A DNA stretch of 64,000 nucleotides from an uncultured Desulfosarcina sp. (GCA_963674945.2 CAXXWQ010000004.1:2080001-2144000), one strand, 5' to 3'. Shown: positions 28,832 through 40,005, counted from the first letter of the stretch. The notes: generated from the letters alone by a model not told the origin. Numbers and translations: made by a program.

Positions 28832-28945
28832 ATTTTTTGAGGAAAGGGGGTGAACCATGGACCCCGACATTTTCATCGAGGCCGAAAACGCTGTGGACAG
28901 GAACCGGAAAGAACAACGAAGATACGTTTAACAAGGAGATGAGTA

Positions 28946-30055
28946 ATGAAAAAATCGATTATTAGGGGTTGGTTGTATTTGGCCATTTTCGGATTGATCG
29001 GTTCATCCGCGGTTTGCGCCGAAGTGATGTCCAATCATGAATTGTCGACACGCGTGGAGCAATTGGAGGAAAAGCTAAATGCCGAGGAAGGTGGCATGCC
29101 GGCACAATGGGCCCAGCGGATCACCTTTAGCGGTGTCGTCGAGGTGGAAGCCGGATTCGCAAGCTTCGAGCCTGATGGCGGTGAAAGCGAAGACGAAAGC
29201 GATATCGCCGTTGCCACCGTAGAGCTCGGTGTCGGAGCAAAAATCGCCGATCATGTCTCCGGTGACATCCTCTTTCTGTACGAAGACGGCGAGGACATCG
29301 TCGTCGATGAGGCCGTTATTACCATCGATGGTGAAGATGTCCTACCACTGTATCTGCGGGCCGGAGAAATGTATGTGCCGTTCGGCAGTTTCGAATCCCA
29401 CATGATTTCCGATCCCCTCACATTGGAGATTGGTGAAACGCGGGAAGCCGCCATCCAATTGGGTGCAGAAACCGGAGGAATTCACGGCTCGATTTTCCTT
29501 TTTAACGGGGATGTGGATGAGGCCGATGCCGACGACAATCATATCGACAATTTCGGCGCCGAAGCGGGTTATACCATGGAAAGCGATGCCCTTTCCGTCG
29601 ATGCCGGTGTCAGCTATATCAACGATCTCATGGACGCCGACGGGTTCGAGGATGTTTTCGCCGAGGGCGCCCAGCTTAACGAATATGCTGCCGGGTTGGG
29701 GGCCTATGTTATTGTCAGCATCGGGCCCGCCACCATTATCGGTGAGTATGTGGCCGCCATGGACGATATCGAGTTACTGGACGAGGCCGGGGACACCGTC
29801 TATAGTGAGAAAATCGCCGCATGGAATGCCGAGGCCGGCTTCGGATTTGCCATCGGTGAAAGAGAAGCCACCGTTGCGATCGGGTATCAGGGTACGGACA
29901 AAGCCGAGAATATGTTTCCAGAGACCCGATACCTGGGAACCTTTGGTCTGAACCTGTTTGAAAATACCGCCTTGGCCATCGAATACCTGCACGACGAATA
30001 TGAAAATGACGATGAGGCCGATACATTCACGGCCCAGCTCGCCATTGAATTTTAA
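28946..30055 (+). CDS. LbtU-family siderophore porin-like outer-membrane protein
   Basis: SGVVEVEA, SDIAVATVELG, YVPFG.F.SHMISDPLTLEIGETRE, C-terminal QLAIEF. Confidence 0.85.
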   Translation: MKKSIIRGWLYLAIFGLIGSSAVCAEVMSNHELSTRVEQLEEKLNAEEGGMPAQWAQRITFSGVVEVEAGFASFEPDGGESEDESDIAVATVELGVGAKIADHVSGDILFLYEDGEDIVVDEAVITIDGEDVLPLYLRAGEMYVPFGSFESHMISDPLTLEIGETREAAIQLGAETGGIHGSIFLFNGDVDEADADDNHIDNFGAEAGYTMESDALSVDAGVSYINDLMDADGFEDVFAEGAQLNEYAAGLGAYVIVSIGPATIIGEYVAAMDDIELLDEAGDTVYSEKIAAWNAEAGFGFAIGEREATVAIGYQGTDKAENMFPETRYLGTFGLNLFENTALAIEYLHDEYENDDEADTFTAQLAIEF

Positions 30056-30102
30056 ATCAACAAATGCCGGCCACTGGTCCACGAACGAGACCGGTGGTCA
30101 AA

Positions 30103-30136
30103 CACGAAGCCGGAAGAAGGATCTTCCGGCTTCGTG
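30103..30136. terminator. Perfect 15-bp hairpin after the porin gene
   Basis: cacgaagccggaaga / tcttccggcttcgtg; no U-tract on the + strand. Confidence 0.5.
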
Positions 30137-30502
30137 AAGAGTCATGATGCCATCAAATCATTTGAGAGGACAGCCCGGCTCGTTGAAATCCGGAACCATA
30201 TCCTTTACTGCGTTGTAGTCCGACTTGCTTTAGACGGTTTTTTCCAAAAGCCAAGCCGTGTTTTCCCCTAAGACTTATCTTATGTTCATTCCTTCTTTTC
30301 AGGGGCTTTCGTTAAAGCAACGACTTTCATAGTTCTTCTCCCTTATTAATCCTGGATCCTTGGATCAAATCCAAATAAATATGGTTTTGACCCTCACTGT
30401 CAACCCTGATATACAATTTGCGTCAGTAAAATTTGACGGTTTCCAAGGAACTGTTCAATCAAAATGATTTATGAAATTTTTTTATCTGGAAGGTAAGAAT
30501 CG

Positions 30503-30703
30503 ATGAGAAAAGCAGATAGGGATGAACAAATCCTCAGGGCTTCAAAGGAGATCGTTGTTAAATTCATTGAGACGGGCCGGGTATCGCCGACCGGTTTTTC
30601 GGAGGCCTTCAAGGCCATCTACCGCGCGGTGGATGAAACGGTGAAAGGGGCGGCGGGAAGCGAAACTGCCGTTGATGCCGACGAGAAGGCATCCGCCAAG
30701 TAA
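30503..30703 (+). CDS. Small conserved hypothetical protein
   Basis: KEIVVKFIETGRVSP..F...F..IY motif, which I recall from small deltaproteobacterial proteins. Confidence 0.7.
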   Translation: MRKADRDEQILRASKEIVVKFIETGRVSPTGFSEAFKAIYRAVDETVKGAAGSETAVDADEKASAK

Positions 30704-30776
30704 AAACAGGGATGTCTATGGATAGGAAGGGCGAAAAGGCGCGATCGCCTGAACGCCCTTTAATAAAAAGAATTCT

Positions 30777-31412
30777 TTAGTGAGCTGTATCTGTTTCTAC
30801 AGCGGGTTTGTTCTCAGTCTTTTCGGTTTCAATTTTGTCGAGCCGTTCTTTTAGATGTGCTATTTTTTGATCAAGCATTTCTTTTTGAAAGCCGTTTATT
30901 TTAAGCGATCGGGCTTTTTCCAGATAACCTTCCGCTTTTTCCAAGTCTTCCGGAGTGTTGTTCCCAATGAGCGTATCCGCTCTGTATTGCAACACCGTAA
31001 AATCAATTGCATCGATTCGAGACTGAACTGTTTTTTTATCGGCTTTGGTTAACGCATATTTTTTTGCATTATTAAGGTATTCATAAATTTTCGCAAAATC
31101 GAGGATACCATCCTGTTCGATCATGCTATCGGCTTTTTTCTGACAAAAAGAAAAAATAAGCATGTAGATTTCATCTTTGAAGTAGGATGATTGTGCATTT
31201 TCCGGCATTTTCATATCAGGAAGTTCCATATACAGTTTCGCACCCATGGGAGCAAAACGTCCTTGCCAAACCTGGATCCCGCCATCGACTTCCTTAATAT
31301 AGTAACTGCTTTTATTCATAGTGCTTGAGACAATTAAAGCAAGCAGCAATAAAATTCCAATCCCAGCCAACCCATACTTGATTTTCTTTTCCATAAAATC
31401 CTTTTCCTTCAT
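30777..31412 (-). CDS. Hypothetical membrane-anchored protein (AT-rich gene)
   Basis: One N-terminal TM helix; YYIK...WQGRFAPMG motif. Confidence 0.7.
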   Translation of the reverse strand: MKEKDFMEKKIKYGLAGIGILLLLALIVSSTMNKSSYYIKEVDGGIQVWQGRFAPMGAKLYMELPDMKMPENAQSSYFKDEIYMLIFSFCQKKADSMIEQDGILDFAKIYEYLNNAKKYALTKADKKTVQSRIDAIDFTVLQYRADTLIGNNTPEDLEKAEGYLEKARSLKINGFQKEMLDQKIAHLKERLDKIETEKTENKPAVETDTAH

Positions 31413-31603
31413 TTTTGTTTTGGTAAGGTAGGTAGGTAAAACGAGCTTGTTTTTTAACCGGAGGCAACAATAGTGGGCAGACCCCTTTGTGTCAATAGCA
31501 ATGTCGATGCAAAGTGTTGTATGGTATGCAATCCGGCATGTATCCGCTTAAAATTACATTTTCAAAACGCGGTTGCCGTTACAATGAAAAAAGGAAGCAG
31601 ACC

Positions 31604-32494
31604 ATGGGCAAACAGGGTAACGCCGTCAAAGCGCTGCGGCGTAAGATGATGGATGAAGCGTTTATCACCATGCCTTGCTGTTTTGACAGCCTGAGCGCGA
31701 AATTAATACAGGAAGCAGGGTTCACACTGACCTTCATGAGTGGATTTGCCGTATCCGCTACACGGCTGGGACTGCCGGATACCGGACTGATTTCGTATGC
31801 CGAGATGGCGGATCAACTTCGAAATATAACGGATTGTGTTGATATTCCGGTCATTGGAGACGGGGATACCGGCTACGGCAATCCGGTGAACGTAATGCGC
31901 ACGGTGAAAGGGTATGCGCGGGCAGGTGCGGCCGGCGTTATGATTGAAGATCAGGTCAGTCCGAAACGCTGTGGCCACACCAGAGGAAAGGAGGTGGTGG
32001 ATCGGCCCGAAGCCATCCGGCGCATGCGGGCTGCCGTCGAAGCCCGGGAGGAAATCCGTGCGAACGGAGATGACATCGTTATCGTGGCAAGGACCGATGC
32101 CCGTGCTCCTTACGGATTGACGGAAGCGGTCACCCGCGCTTCCGCTTTCGCTGAAATGGGCGCGGATATCATTTTTGTGGAAGCCCCCCACACCGAATCT
32201 GAAATGCGGGAAATCTGTCGTAACGTGGGTGGTTTTCAAATGGCCAACATGGTGGAACATGGGGTGACACCGGTACTGCCGCCCGACATCTTACAAGACA
32301 TCGGATATCGTCTGGCCGCCTACCCCCTGACCCTGCTTTCCAGTGCCGTCCATGCCATGCGCCTGGCCCTTACCGCATTGCGGGAAGGCAAACCCCCTGA
32401 AAAAATATTGAATTTTTCCGATCTTACGGCCCTCGTCGGATTTCCGGCGTATGATGAAACCCTTCAACGTCTATCCACCGATGGAGTTGACTGA
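31604..32494 (+). CDS. Isocitrate lyase/PEP mutase family protein (PrpB-like)
   Basis: MSGF, GLPD, DGDTGYG, IEDQ, KRCGH, ARTDA. Confidence 0.9.
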   Translation: MGKQGNAVKALRRKMMDEAFITMPCCFDSLSAKLIQEAGFTLTFMSGFAVSATRLGLPDTGLISYAEMADQLRNITDCVDIPVIGDGDTGYGNPVNVMRTVKGYARAGAAGVMIEDQVSPKRCGHTRGKEVVDRPEAIRRMRAAVEAREEIRANGDDIVIVARTDARAPYGLTEAVTRASAFAEMGADIIFVEAPHTESEMREICRNVGGFQMANMVEHGVTPVLPPDILQDIGYRLAAYPLTLLSSAVHAMRLALTALREGKPPEKILNFSDLTALVGFPAYDETLQRLSTDGVD

Positions 32495-32882
32495 AATGAT
32501 CGTCATTTGGCCCCGGCATTGTGAACAGATTACATTTTTTTCCGCAATCGCCATATCCGGCAATAATTTTTCGTCTTTTATGGTATAATTGGATTTCGAA
32601 ATCGTGAAGCGCCTTCGATGCTTTGCTGCGGCCTTCTGTGCCAGTGCGAAATCAGGACTCTTTTCTATTCCATATGCTTACGATGTGGCGTATCCCCCTT
32701 ACCGTTGAAACCTGCCGGCTTCCGAAGAAGTCGTTAATCAAAATAACTTATAACGTATTTTTTTAAAAAGCTTTTCCCGAATTTCCGCCTATCGGCAAAA
32801 AAAGTAAATCGAATTTCTTGCATGTGGTTGTTTGGCCATATTTGGCCTGGAAAAGCTTTTTGGGAGAAAGTCGTCCGGCGCC

Positions 32883-34403
32883 ATGAAGAAAAAATCAAAG
32901 AAAAAAACCCCTTTGCGTATCGCCATCGTCGGTGGCGGACGTGCCTGCAGGTTTCTTCTGGAGTCTTCCAACCTGGAAAGCCTTCCCTATTTCGAAATCA
33001 AAATTGCCGGTGTATGCGATATCAACCCTGCGGCCGAGGGGCTGTTGGCCGCTCAACGGATGGGAATTTACACCACGAACGATTTCCGGGACTTTTTCGA
33101 GCTTGAAAATCTCGATGGCATCATCGAGCTGACCAACAACCGGGATGTACTGTCCGAACTCATTCAGCTCAGTCCAAAACGGATCGGTATTCTGGAATAC
33201 AACATCGGTCGATTGTTACGAAAACTGTTCACTGCAGACCAGAATCTGCGCTCGGCCAAGCAGCAGATCCTCCAGGAACAGGCGATGCGGGCTTTCCTTC
33301 TCCAGGAAAACGACCAGCGGATCATGGTTCTCGATGCCGATTTTACCGTTCAGGATGTAAACGATGCCTATCTGGCCATCATTGGCAAAAGCCGCTCCGA
33401 AGTGATCGGCAAACCCTGCTATAGTGTGATTCACGGATTTACGGATCCATGCGATACCCTGAAAAGTGCATTTGCCTGTCCGATGCTGGAAACCATTCGA
33501 ACAGGTAAACCAGCCTCCGTCATTCAGCCGGACCCGCAAGGCGGTTCCCAGCCCGCCTACAATAATATCGTGACCTATCCCATAAAAGATGGTGCCGGCA
33601 AGACGGTGCGCGTCATCGAGATTTGGCAGGATATCACCAAAGAAATATCCACCAGACTCGAAGAAAGGGAAAACGAGCTTCGATCGGATCTGAACAAACT
33701 GATCCAGGAAGACCGGCTGATCTCTCTCGGCAAACTCGTTGCCAGTTGCGTTCACGAAATCAACAATCCCATTCAGGGGCTTCTGACGTTCAGCCATCTC
33801 ATTCAGGAAAATCTGGCCAAGCCGGCTTTGGCGCCCGACGAATTGGATCAATTGCGCCAGTTTGTCGAACTGATGAGCGTCGAGTTGGAGCGTTGCGGGA
33901 ACATCATCTCAGGCCTGCTCTCTTTCTCCCGGGAATCCTCCATCTCACGCAAGGATATCGACCTCAATGACGTGATTTCCTCCGTGGTTCGGCTCATCAG
34001 CCACAAAATGGAGTTGATGAATATTTCCATGAGCGTCGATCTTTGTCCCCAAGCCATTTTGGTGCACGGTGATATGAACCAATTGCAGCAGTGTTTTCTG
34101 AATCTGGTGTTTAATGCCATCGATGCCATGGATTCCGGCGGATGTATGGAAATTCGGTCGAGAAAGGACGAACAACACAAAGAGGCGCAGCTGACCATCC
34201 GGGATGACGGGCATGGCATCACGGAACATCAACTTCACCATATTTTCGATCCGTTTTACACGACAAAGAAGATGGGAGAGGGTACCGGCCTTGGCCTGTC
34301 CATCGTCTACGGCGTTCTCAAACAACACGGTGGTGAGATCCGGGTGGAGTCCAATGTCGGCAGGGGCACGACATTTCAGATTCAGCTCCCCCTGACATGC
34401 TAA
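32883..34403 (+). CDS. Sensor histidine kinase (Rossmann-like + PAS + HisKA + HATPase)
   Basis: IAIVGGG N-terminus; HEINNP; NAIDAM; DDGHGI; FDPFYTTK; GTGLGL. Confidence 0.92.
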   Translation: MKKKSKKKTPLRIAIVGGGRACRFLLESSNLESLPYFEIKIAGVCDINPAAEGLLAAQRMGIYTTNDFRDFFELENLDGIIELTNNRDVLSELIQLSPKRIGILEYNIGRLLRKLFTADQNLRSAKQQILQEQAMRAFLLQENDQRIMVLDADFTVQDVNDAYLAIIGKSRSEVIGKPCYSVIHGFTDPCDTLKSAFACPMLETIRTGKPASVIQPDPQGGSQPAYNNIVTYPIKDGAGKTVRVIEIWQDITKEISTRLEERENELRSDLNKLIQEDRLISLGKLVASCVHEINNPIQGLLTFSHLIQENLAKPALAPDELDQLRQFVELMSVELERCGNIISGLLSFSRESSISRKDIDLNDVISSVVRLISHKMELMNISMSVDLCPQAILVHGDMNQLQQCFLNLVFNAIDAMDSGGCMEIRSRKDEQHKEAQLTIRDDGHGITEHQLHHIFDPFYTTKKMGEGTGLGLSIVYGVLKQHGGEIRVESNVGRGTTFQIQLPLTC

Positions 34404-34472
34404 AAAGCTTTTTCAGGCAAGATCCGCATAATGTAAAAAGAGAGGCGCTCTTTTTTCGGGAGGCAGACGACC

Positions 34473-35816
34473 ATGGATACGATGAATGTCATGATTGTCG
34501 ATGATGAAAAAATCATCCGGGAGTCTTTTTTTCACTGGTTCGAAAAAAGCGGTCACCGGGTGGACACGGCCGCTTCCGGGGATGAAGCCCTGGAAAAAAT
34601 GGAGGCCGTCTGTTTCGACCTTCTGCTGGTCGACATCAAAATGCCGGGCATGAGCGGAATCGATTTGCTGGAGAGGGTGAAGAAGGAATACCCGGATACG
34701 TCCGTCATCATCATTACGGCTTACGGTTCCATAGAGTCCGCGGTAGAGGCCATGAAACTCGGCGCTACCGATTACCTGCTCAAGCCGTTCAAGCCCAATC
34801 AGCTGTCATTGGTGATGGAAAAGGCTGCCCAGCAGAAAAAACTCTCTTCGGAAACCAACTATCTAAGGGGAAGATTGGCGCAATTTACCCGGTTCGACAA
34901 CATCATCGGGCAATCTTCGGCCATGGAGAAAGTCTTCGATCTCATCGAGGAGGTGGCCCGGTCGGGCGCATCGGTGCTGCTGGTGGGAGAAACGGGAACC
35001 GGAAAAGAGCTCATCGCCAAGGCCATTCACGCCAAAAGTCCACGGGCGAATTTTCCCTACATCGCCATCAATTGCGGTGCGGTTCCCGAATCCCTGCTGG
35101 AAAGCGAACTTTTCGGCCACCGCAAGGGCGCGTTTACCGGTGCGGTTCACGGCCGAAAGGGATTTCTGGAAGTCGTCAGCGGTGGTACGCTGTTTCTCGA
35201 CGAGGTAGGAGAAATCAGCCCCAAAATGCAGGTTGACCTGCTTCGGGTCCTGGAAGAAAAAAAAATCATCCCCATCGGCGGCAGTGAACCCCTGGATGTG
35301 GACTTCAGGCTGATTTCCGCCACCAGTCGCAATTTGCAAAATCAGATCGAAAAAGGCACCTTCCGTGAAGATTTCTATTACCGCATCAACGTGATCCGTC
35401 TGGAAATGCCTCCGTTGCGGGAAAGAAAGGAGGATATCCCACTTCTGGCAAGCCATTTTTTGAACAAGTTCAGCCACGAAACCACCAAGTACGTGGATCA
35501 TCTGGCGCCGGAGGCCACCCGGCTTCTGGTGCAATACGATTGGCCGGGCAACGTGAGAGAACTTGAAAACGCCATTGAACGCGCCGTTGTGCTTTCCAAA
35601 GGACGAACGCTGTACGCCGATGATTTCAAATTCCTCCAGCCATTTGCGACACTCCGGCAGGAGGCCCTTGCCCTGATCGACGTGGAAAAGAACCATATTC
35701 AAAATATACTGGAAAGAAACCAGTGGAATGTCACCCGCTCCGCCAAGATACTGGGAATCAACCGGGTAACATTGCATAAGAAGATCAACCGCTACCATTT
35801 GCTCAGAAACGGATAA
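34473..35816 (+). CDS. Sigma-54-dependent response regulator (NtrC family)
   Basis: Receiver domain; GETGTGKE; GAFTGA; WPGNVRELEN; Fis-type HTH. Confidence 0.95.
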   Translation: MDTMNVMIVDDEKIIRESFFHWFEKSGHRVDTAASGDEALEKMEAVCFDLLLVDIKMPGMSGIDLLERVKKEYPDTSVIIITAYGSIESAVEAMKLGATDYLLKPFKPNQLSLVMEKAAQQKKLSSETNYLRGRLAQFTRFDNIIGQSSAMEKVFDLIEEVARSGASVLLVGETGTGKELIAKAIHAKSPRANFPYIAINCGAVPESLLESELFGHRKGAFTGAVHGRKGFLEVVSGGTLFLDEVGEISPKMQVDLLRVLEEKKIIPIGGSEPLDVDFRLISATSRNLQNQIEKGTFREDFYYRINVIRLEMPPLRERKEDIPLLASHFLNKFSHETTKYVDHLAPEATRLLVQYDWPGNVRELENAIERAVVLSKGRTLYADDFKFLQPFATLRQEALALIDVEKNHIQNILERNQWNVTRSAKILGINRVTLHKKINRYHLLRNG

Positions 35817-35825
35817 CCAACGCAA

Positions 35826-36374
35826 GTGTCCATACGCAGGACAACAGGTCCCGTCGGCGTCGCACCCGTCGGCCAAACGGATGTGTTTGCCGCCGAGGTG
35901 ATTGCCGCACACATCAGTGGATATTTTCTTTTGCCCGCAGAATGCCTGCCGGTAATGGCCTTGCCACCGGGCACCTTTGACAGCCATCGGTTTCAGCACA
36001 ATGCGGTTTTACTGATTTCTGCCCTCGAGAAAAAATCTTTCGAGGAATTCTCCAAGGTGATCGCCGTGATGGATGTGGACATATTCATCCCCATCTTCAC
36101 CCATGTATTCGGAGAGGCGCGGCAGGGCGGAAAAGTGGCGCTGGTTTCGCTGTTTCGACTGAGAGGCGCCGACGACGATTCGCCACCTTCAACCAGCAGA
36201 ATGCTGGAAAGGGCAGCAAAAATCGCGCTTCACGAACTCGGCCATCTTTTCGGCCTGCTACACTGTGACGATGAACGCTGTCTGATGCATTTTTCCGGCG
36301 ATGTCGACGAGGTGGACCGGCTGCCGCTCAACCTCTGCCGGTATTGCCGCATGTATTTAAAAGAGGCTGTTTGA
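35826..36374 (+). CDS. Archaemetzincin-like Zn metalloprotease
   Basis: VFGEA; HELGHLFGLLHC...CLMHFS...LC..C. Confidence 0.88.
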   Translation: MSIRRTTGPVGVAPVGQTDVFAAEVIAAHISGYFLLPAECLPVMALPPGTFDSHRFQHNAVLLISALEKKSFEEFSKVIAVMDVDIFIPIFTHVFGEARQGGKVALVSLFRLRGADDDSPPSTSRMLERAAKIALHELGHLFGLLHCDDERCLMHFSGDVDEVDRLPLNLCRYCRMYLKEAV

Positions 36375-36394
36375 CGAAAATTCACCCTTTTTCT

Positions 36395-37330
36395 CTATCG
36401 CCTGGTGGTGTGCAGAAAACCGTTGACCAGAACGTCCCATTGCAGCTGCTCGCATGCGCCGAAAATGTCTTTCACCGGAGCACCACCGGTGGCTGCCAGC
36501 GCCTCGTATTCGGGCCCCATCATCTCAAACAGTTTCCGGTTTTCCGTTTCCAGCCATCGGGTGCTTTCCTTTCCGAAATAGAGCTGCTTCAGATTCCGTT
36601 TCGGCATATCCGGACGAACGATAAACAGCCAACCTTGGCCGTAAGGATCTTCGCTGATGAGTTCCGTATGCTCCCGGGCCGGATGGTTGATGGCCAGCAC
36701 CTTACCGCTTACCGGAGATAGAACCGCCGCCCGGTTGCCGTTCCGGCCAAAGGTCCAGCCGACCTGATCCTGGATCAGTCCCGCACCAATGGGGGGCAGC
36801 TCGAGCACTGTCATCTTTCCGAAAAGTCGACAAAGGAAGTCGTCAAACCCCACCCGGACGTTCCCTCCGTGTTCGAAACGCACCCAGCTGTGCCCCATGT
36901 GATAATAATATCCGACGGCGAGGTTGAACCCGGAAACCACCACCGTCCTGGGGGCATCGACATCGTTGACCATGTCCATCTCGTCCAGCATCTGATCGAA
37001 CTCGCAGTGGTGGCATTCATAGTTGTGAGGACAGATTTTCGGCGCTTCGATGCGGCCTGTCAACACATGACGACACGGGCGGTTGGCCCCGTCATATCGC
37101 TGGATGAGGTGTTCAACCCACCGGGGGGCCACATCTTCCGAGTCCAATTCCGGAGCGATTTCCATGGCCTTGCGCATGGCCGCGTTGAATCCGCAGGTAT
37201 GACAGTCGTATGCGTTATCGCAAATGCGGTAGTTGATCACCCCCGCCTGCATCCATATACATCGGTTTTCGGCGACATTGAAACAGGTTACCCGCTTTTT
37301 TTCGGTACCCGTCGATTTCGAAGTCCTCAT
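36395..37330 (-). CDS. Glycine-cleavage H-like protein with two N-terminal Cys-rich repeats and no lipoyl-Lys
   Basis: CIWMQAGV...C...YDC..C; GHSWV...VRVGFDDF; SPVSG; DPYGQGW. Confidence 0.85.
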   Translation of the reverse strand: MRTSKSTGTEKKRVTCFNVAENRCIWMQAGVINYRICDNAYDCHTCGFNAAMRKAMEIAPELDSEDVAPRWVEHLIQRYDGANRPCRHVLTGRIEAPKICPHNYECHHCEFDQMLDEMDMVNDVDAPRTVVVSGFNLAVGYYYHMGHSWVRFEHGGNVRVGFDDFLCRLFGKMTVLELPPIGAGLIQDQVGWTFGRNGNRAAVLSPVSGKVLAINHPAREHTELISEDPYGQGWLFIVRPDMPKRNLKQLYFGKESTRWLETENRKLFEMMGPEYEALAATGGAPVKDIFGACEQLQWDVLVNGFLHTTRR

Positions 37331-37390
37331 GATTCCACCTCCTTTGCTTACCCTTGATTGGCGTGATCCGGCATTTCAACGTCCAATATG

Positions 37391-37405
37391 GCAAAGGACA
37401 TGCCA
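37391..37405 (-). promoter_or_regulatory. Sigma-54 promoter of the GcvH-like gene
   Basis: The minus strand reads TGGCATGTCCTTTGC (GG-N10-GC), 60 bp upstream of the start. Confidence 0.7.
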
Positions 37406-37956
37406 TCGGATGCGTATTTGTTCTTTCTGGGTTCTGTAACAACCGGCCACAGGTCGTACGGTCGCGCTACCCGATTGAAAGGTCCCGACACCAGCACTGG
37501 AAACTACCGGAAAACAACATGAATACAAGCAATTAAAATGCATGCCACATCAAGGGAAATCCGTAAGGCGGGTATTATCGGAAAAAAGACGTTGCACGAA
37601 ACAGATGCCCTGCTCTCCTTGGCTGTGGAATCGGAGCGAATCCTGCCTGCGGACAGGTGATTACATTCGCAACAGCAGCGGCCACCGATTCGATAAGTTT
37701 CGAATATTTATTACATATTATCAGTAAGATACAAACGTGTTGCGTTTTTAATCGATGGGCGATGCAATGGACTACACATAAATCTGGAACCAAAACAGTC
37801 CCTTCCCACCATTGAAATCCTCTATGACAACCAACACAAAAGATCGGAACTAACGATTGGACCTCTCTGCACAGAATGTCTACAGTGCATCAAACACGCG
37901 AAAAGTGTCTGTTGTGAACCACCCACAAAGCGAACGGACCATTAAAACCGGCAAGC

Positions 37957-38784
37957 ATGACCATGGAAGGATGTAAATTCGACTGGATCCACAAAAAGGG
38001 AAGCGGCAGGCTGAATGAGGATGCCTATTTCCTGGTCCCTGGAATGTGCGGTGTATTTGACGGCTCCACCGCTTTGAACGGCTCCCTGTACCAGGACGGC
38101 AAGACCGGCGGCTATCTGGCCGCACAGATGGCCTGCAATGTCTTTCGCACAAACAACGCCCCCCTGCTGAAGCTTGCCGATCAGGCCAACCGTGAAATCT
38201 TAGGGGCAATGCGAACCAACGGTGTCGATCTGGCCAGAAAAGAAAACTTGTGGTGCACCAGTTTTGCCGTGGTCCGGATCGGCACCGACGCATTCGAGTG
38301 GGTTCAAAGCGGTGACAGCCTCATCCTGGCCATCGACCACGATCGCCGCTATCGGGTACTGGTTCCGGACCACTCCCATGACACCGAGACCCTGTGCATG
38401 TGGCGGGACAGGGCTGCGTGCGGTGCGCCGAGCATTTTCGAATCCCTGAAGGAGCAGATCATTACCGTCAGGCGGCGGATGAACGTCACCTACGGGGTAC
38501 TCAACGGCGAACCGGAAGCCCTGGATTTCATCAGCCAGGGACGCGCACCGCTTCACGATATCGAGCATATCCTCCTGTTCACGGACGGCCTGTTTATTCC
38601 CAAAGAGGATCCCAAGGCCGATCATCGGTTCGACATCTTGGTGGAACGCTTTCTCGATGGTGGTCTGCATGCGGTGTACCAGTATGTCCATGACATACAG
38701 GCCGCCGATCCCCTCTGCCACAAATACCCCCGATTCAAACCCCACGACGATATCGCAGCCGTGGCCATCTCCTTTGACGCCTGA
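37957..38784 (+). CDS. PP2C-like phosphatase domain protein
   Basis: NED, VFDG, GDS, LFTDG, DDIAAV. Confidence 0.85.
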   Translation: MTMEGCKFDWIHKKGSGRLNEDAYFLVPGMCGVFDGSTALNGSLYQDGKTGGYLAAQMACNVFRTNNAPLLKLADQANREILGAMRTNGVDLARKENLWCTSFAVVRIGTDAFEWVQSGDSLILAIDHDRRYRVLVPDHSHDTETLCMWRDRAACGAPSIFESLKEQIITVRRRMNVTYGVLNGEPEALDFISQGRAPLHDIEHILLFTDGLFIPKEDPKADHRFDILVERFLDGGLHAVYQYVHDIQAADPLCHKYPRFKPHDDIAAVAISFDA

Positions 38785-38901
38785 TCATACATCGGCGGGA
38801 CGAAACCTTTAATTCATACCGATTGAAAAAAACAGTGGCGGCACACCCGCGAAGCGTTGTACCTTTGAAGTATCGGAGAATGCTTCAGAACCATTGAAAA
38901 G

Positions 38902-40005
38902 GTGAACCGGGTGCGGGTGATCGACTGCCAAGGAACGGAAAAATGGAACCGCTATGTGAACGGTCATCCCCACGGCGGCGTGTTTCACCTGTTCGGCTGG
39001 AAAAGGGTCTTCCAGGAGGTGTACGGCCTTCCCGGCTATCATCTCATGGCCGTCGATGATCCTTGTTCCGCCGACGGACCGCCGGATCGACCAAACGCAC
39101 CCGTTCGGGGCATTTGTGCGCTATTTTTTTTGCGATCGCCCCGAAATCGCAGACGGCTCATCGCCCCCCCCTATCTGGATGTAGGCGGTATACTTGCCGA
39201 CGACCCCGACACCGAGACCCTTCTTCTTCAAGAGGCGATAAAATTCGCCAGAAAAGACCATGCCCGCTGGATCGAGCTTCGCCAGGCCCGGCCATTGGCC
39301 GGCCTTTCGGCTTCGCCCCGCCTAACGGAAGACACGGGTGTCGACATACCTCATCTACAGGTGTCCAATCATAAGGCCAGCCTCCAACGCACCCTGCCGG
39401 CCGACACCGCCACGCTGATGCACGCCTTCAAGTCCAAGCTGCGCAGTCAGATCCGCAAAGCAATGAAAAACGGACTGCATCCTGCGGTAGGCGGAATCGA
39501 ACTATTGCCCGACTTCTACAAGGTCTTCTCCCACAACATGCGCGATCTGGGTTCACCGGTTCACTCCCGCCGTCTGTTCGAGCGGGTACTGCACACCTTT
39601 GGCCCTCAGGCCCGCATCGTAATCGTCCGCCGGGGCCCGAAGGCGGTGGCGGGATCCATCGTCCTTGGCTTCAAGCACCGGCTACACAACCCATGGGCAT
39701 CTTCATTGCGCGCCTACCGCCACCTGGGCGCCAATATGCTGCTTTACTGGGCCATGCTGGCCCACGCCTGTGATACCGGGTTGACGACGTTCGATTTCGG
39801 CCGATCGTCTCCCGGTGCCGGCACCTATTCATTCAAACGCCAATGGGGGGCCGAACCGACCCCGTTGCACTGGTACTACCTGACCCTCGATGGCGACCCG
39901 GTGGATCCCATGGCCGAGCATCTCTCTTTCAGATTTTGGAAACGGCTGCCGGTGGGCCTGTCACGGATGATCGGCCCTAAGGTTCGCCGGCATATCGGGC
40001 TATAG
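38902..40005 (+). CDS. FemAB-like GNAT protein (XrtA/PEP-CTERM-associated type)
   Basis: KLRSQIRKA, NMRDLGSPV, NMLLYW, FDFGRS, FKRQWGA. Confidence 0.85.
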   Translation: MNRVRVIDCQGTEKWNRYVNGHPHGGVFHLFGWKRVFQEVYGLPGYHLMAVDDPCSADGPPDRPNAPVRGICALFFLRSPRNRRRLIAPPYLDVGGILADDPDTETLLLQEAIKFARKDHARWIELRQARPLAGLSASPRLTEDTGVDIPHLQVSNHKASLQRTLPADTATLMHAFKSKLRSQIRKAMKNGLHPAVGGIELLPDFYKVFSHNMRDLGSPVHSRRLFERVLHTFGPQARIVIVRRGPKAVAGSIVLGFKHRLHNPWASSLRAYRHLGANMLLYWAMLAHACDTGLTTFDFGRSSPGAGTYSFKRQWGAEPTPLHWYYLTLDGDPVDPMAEHLSFRFWKRLPVGLSRMIGPKVRRHIGL

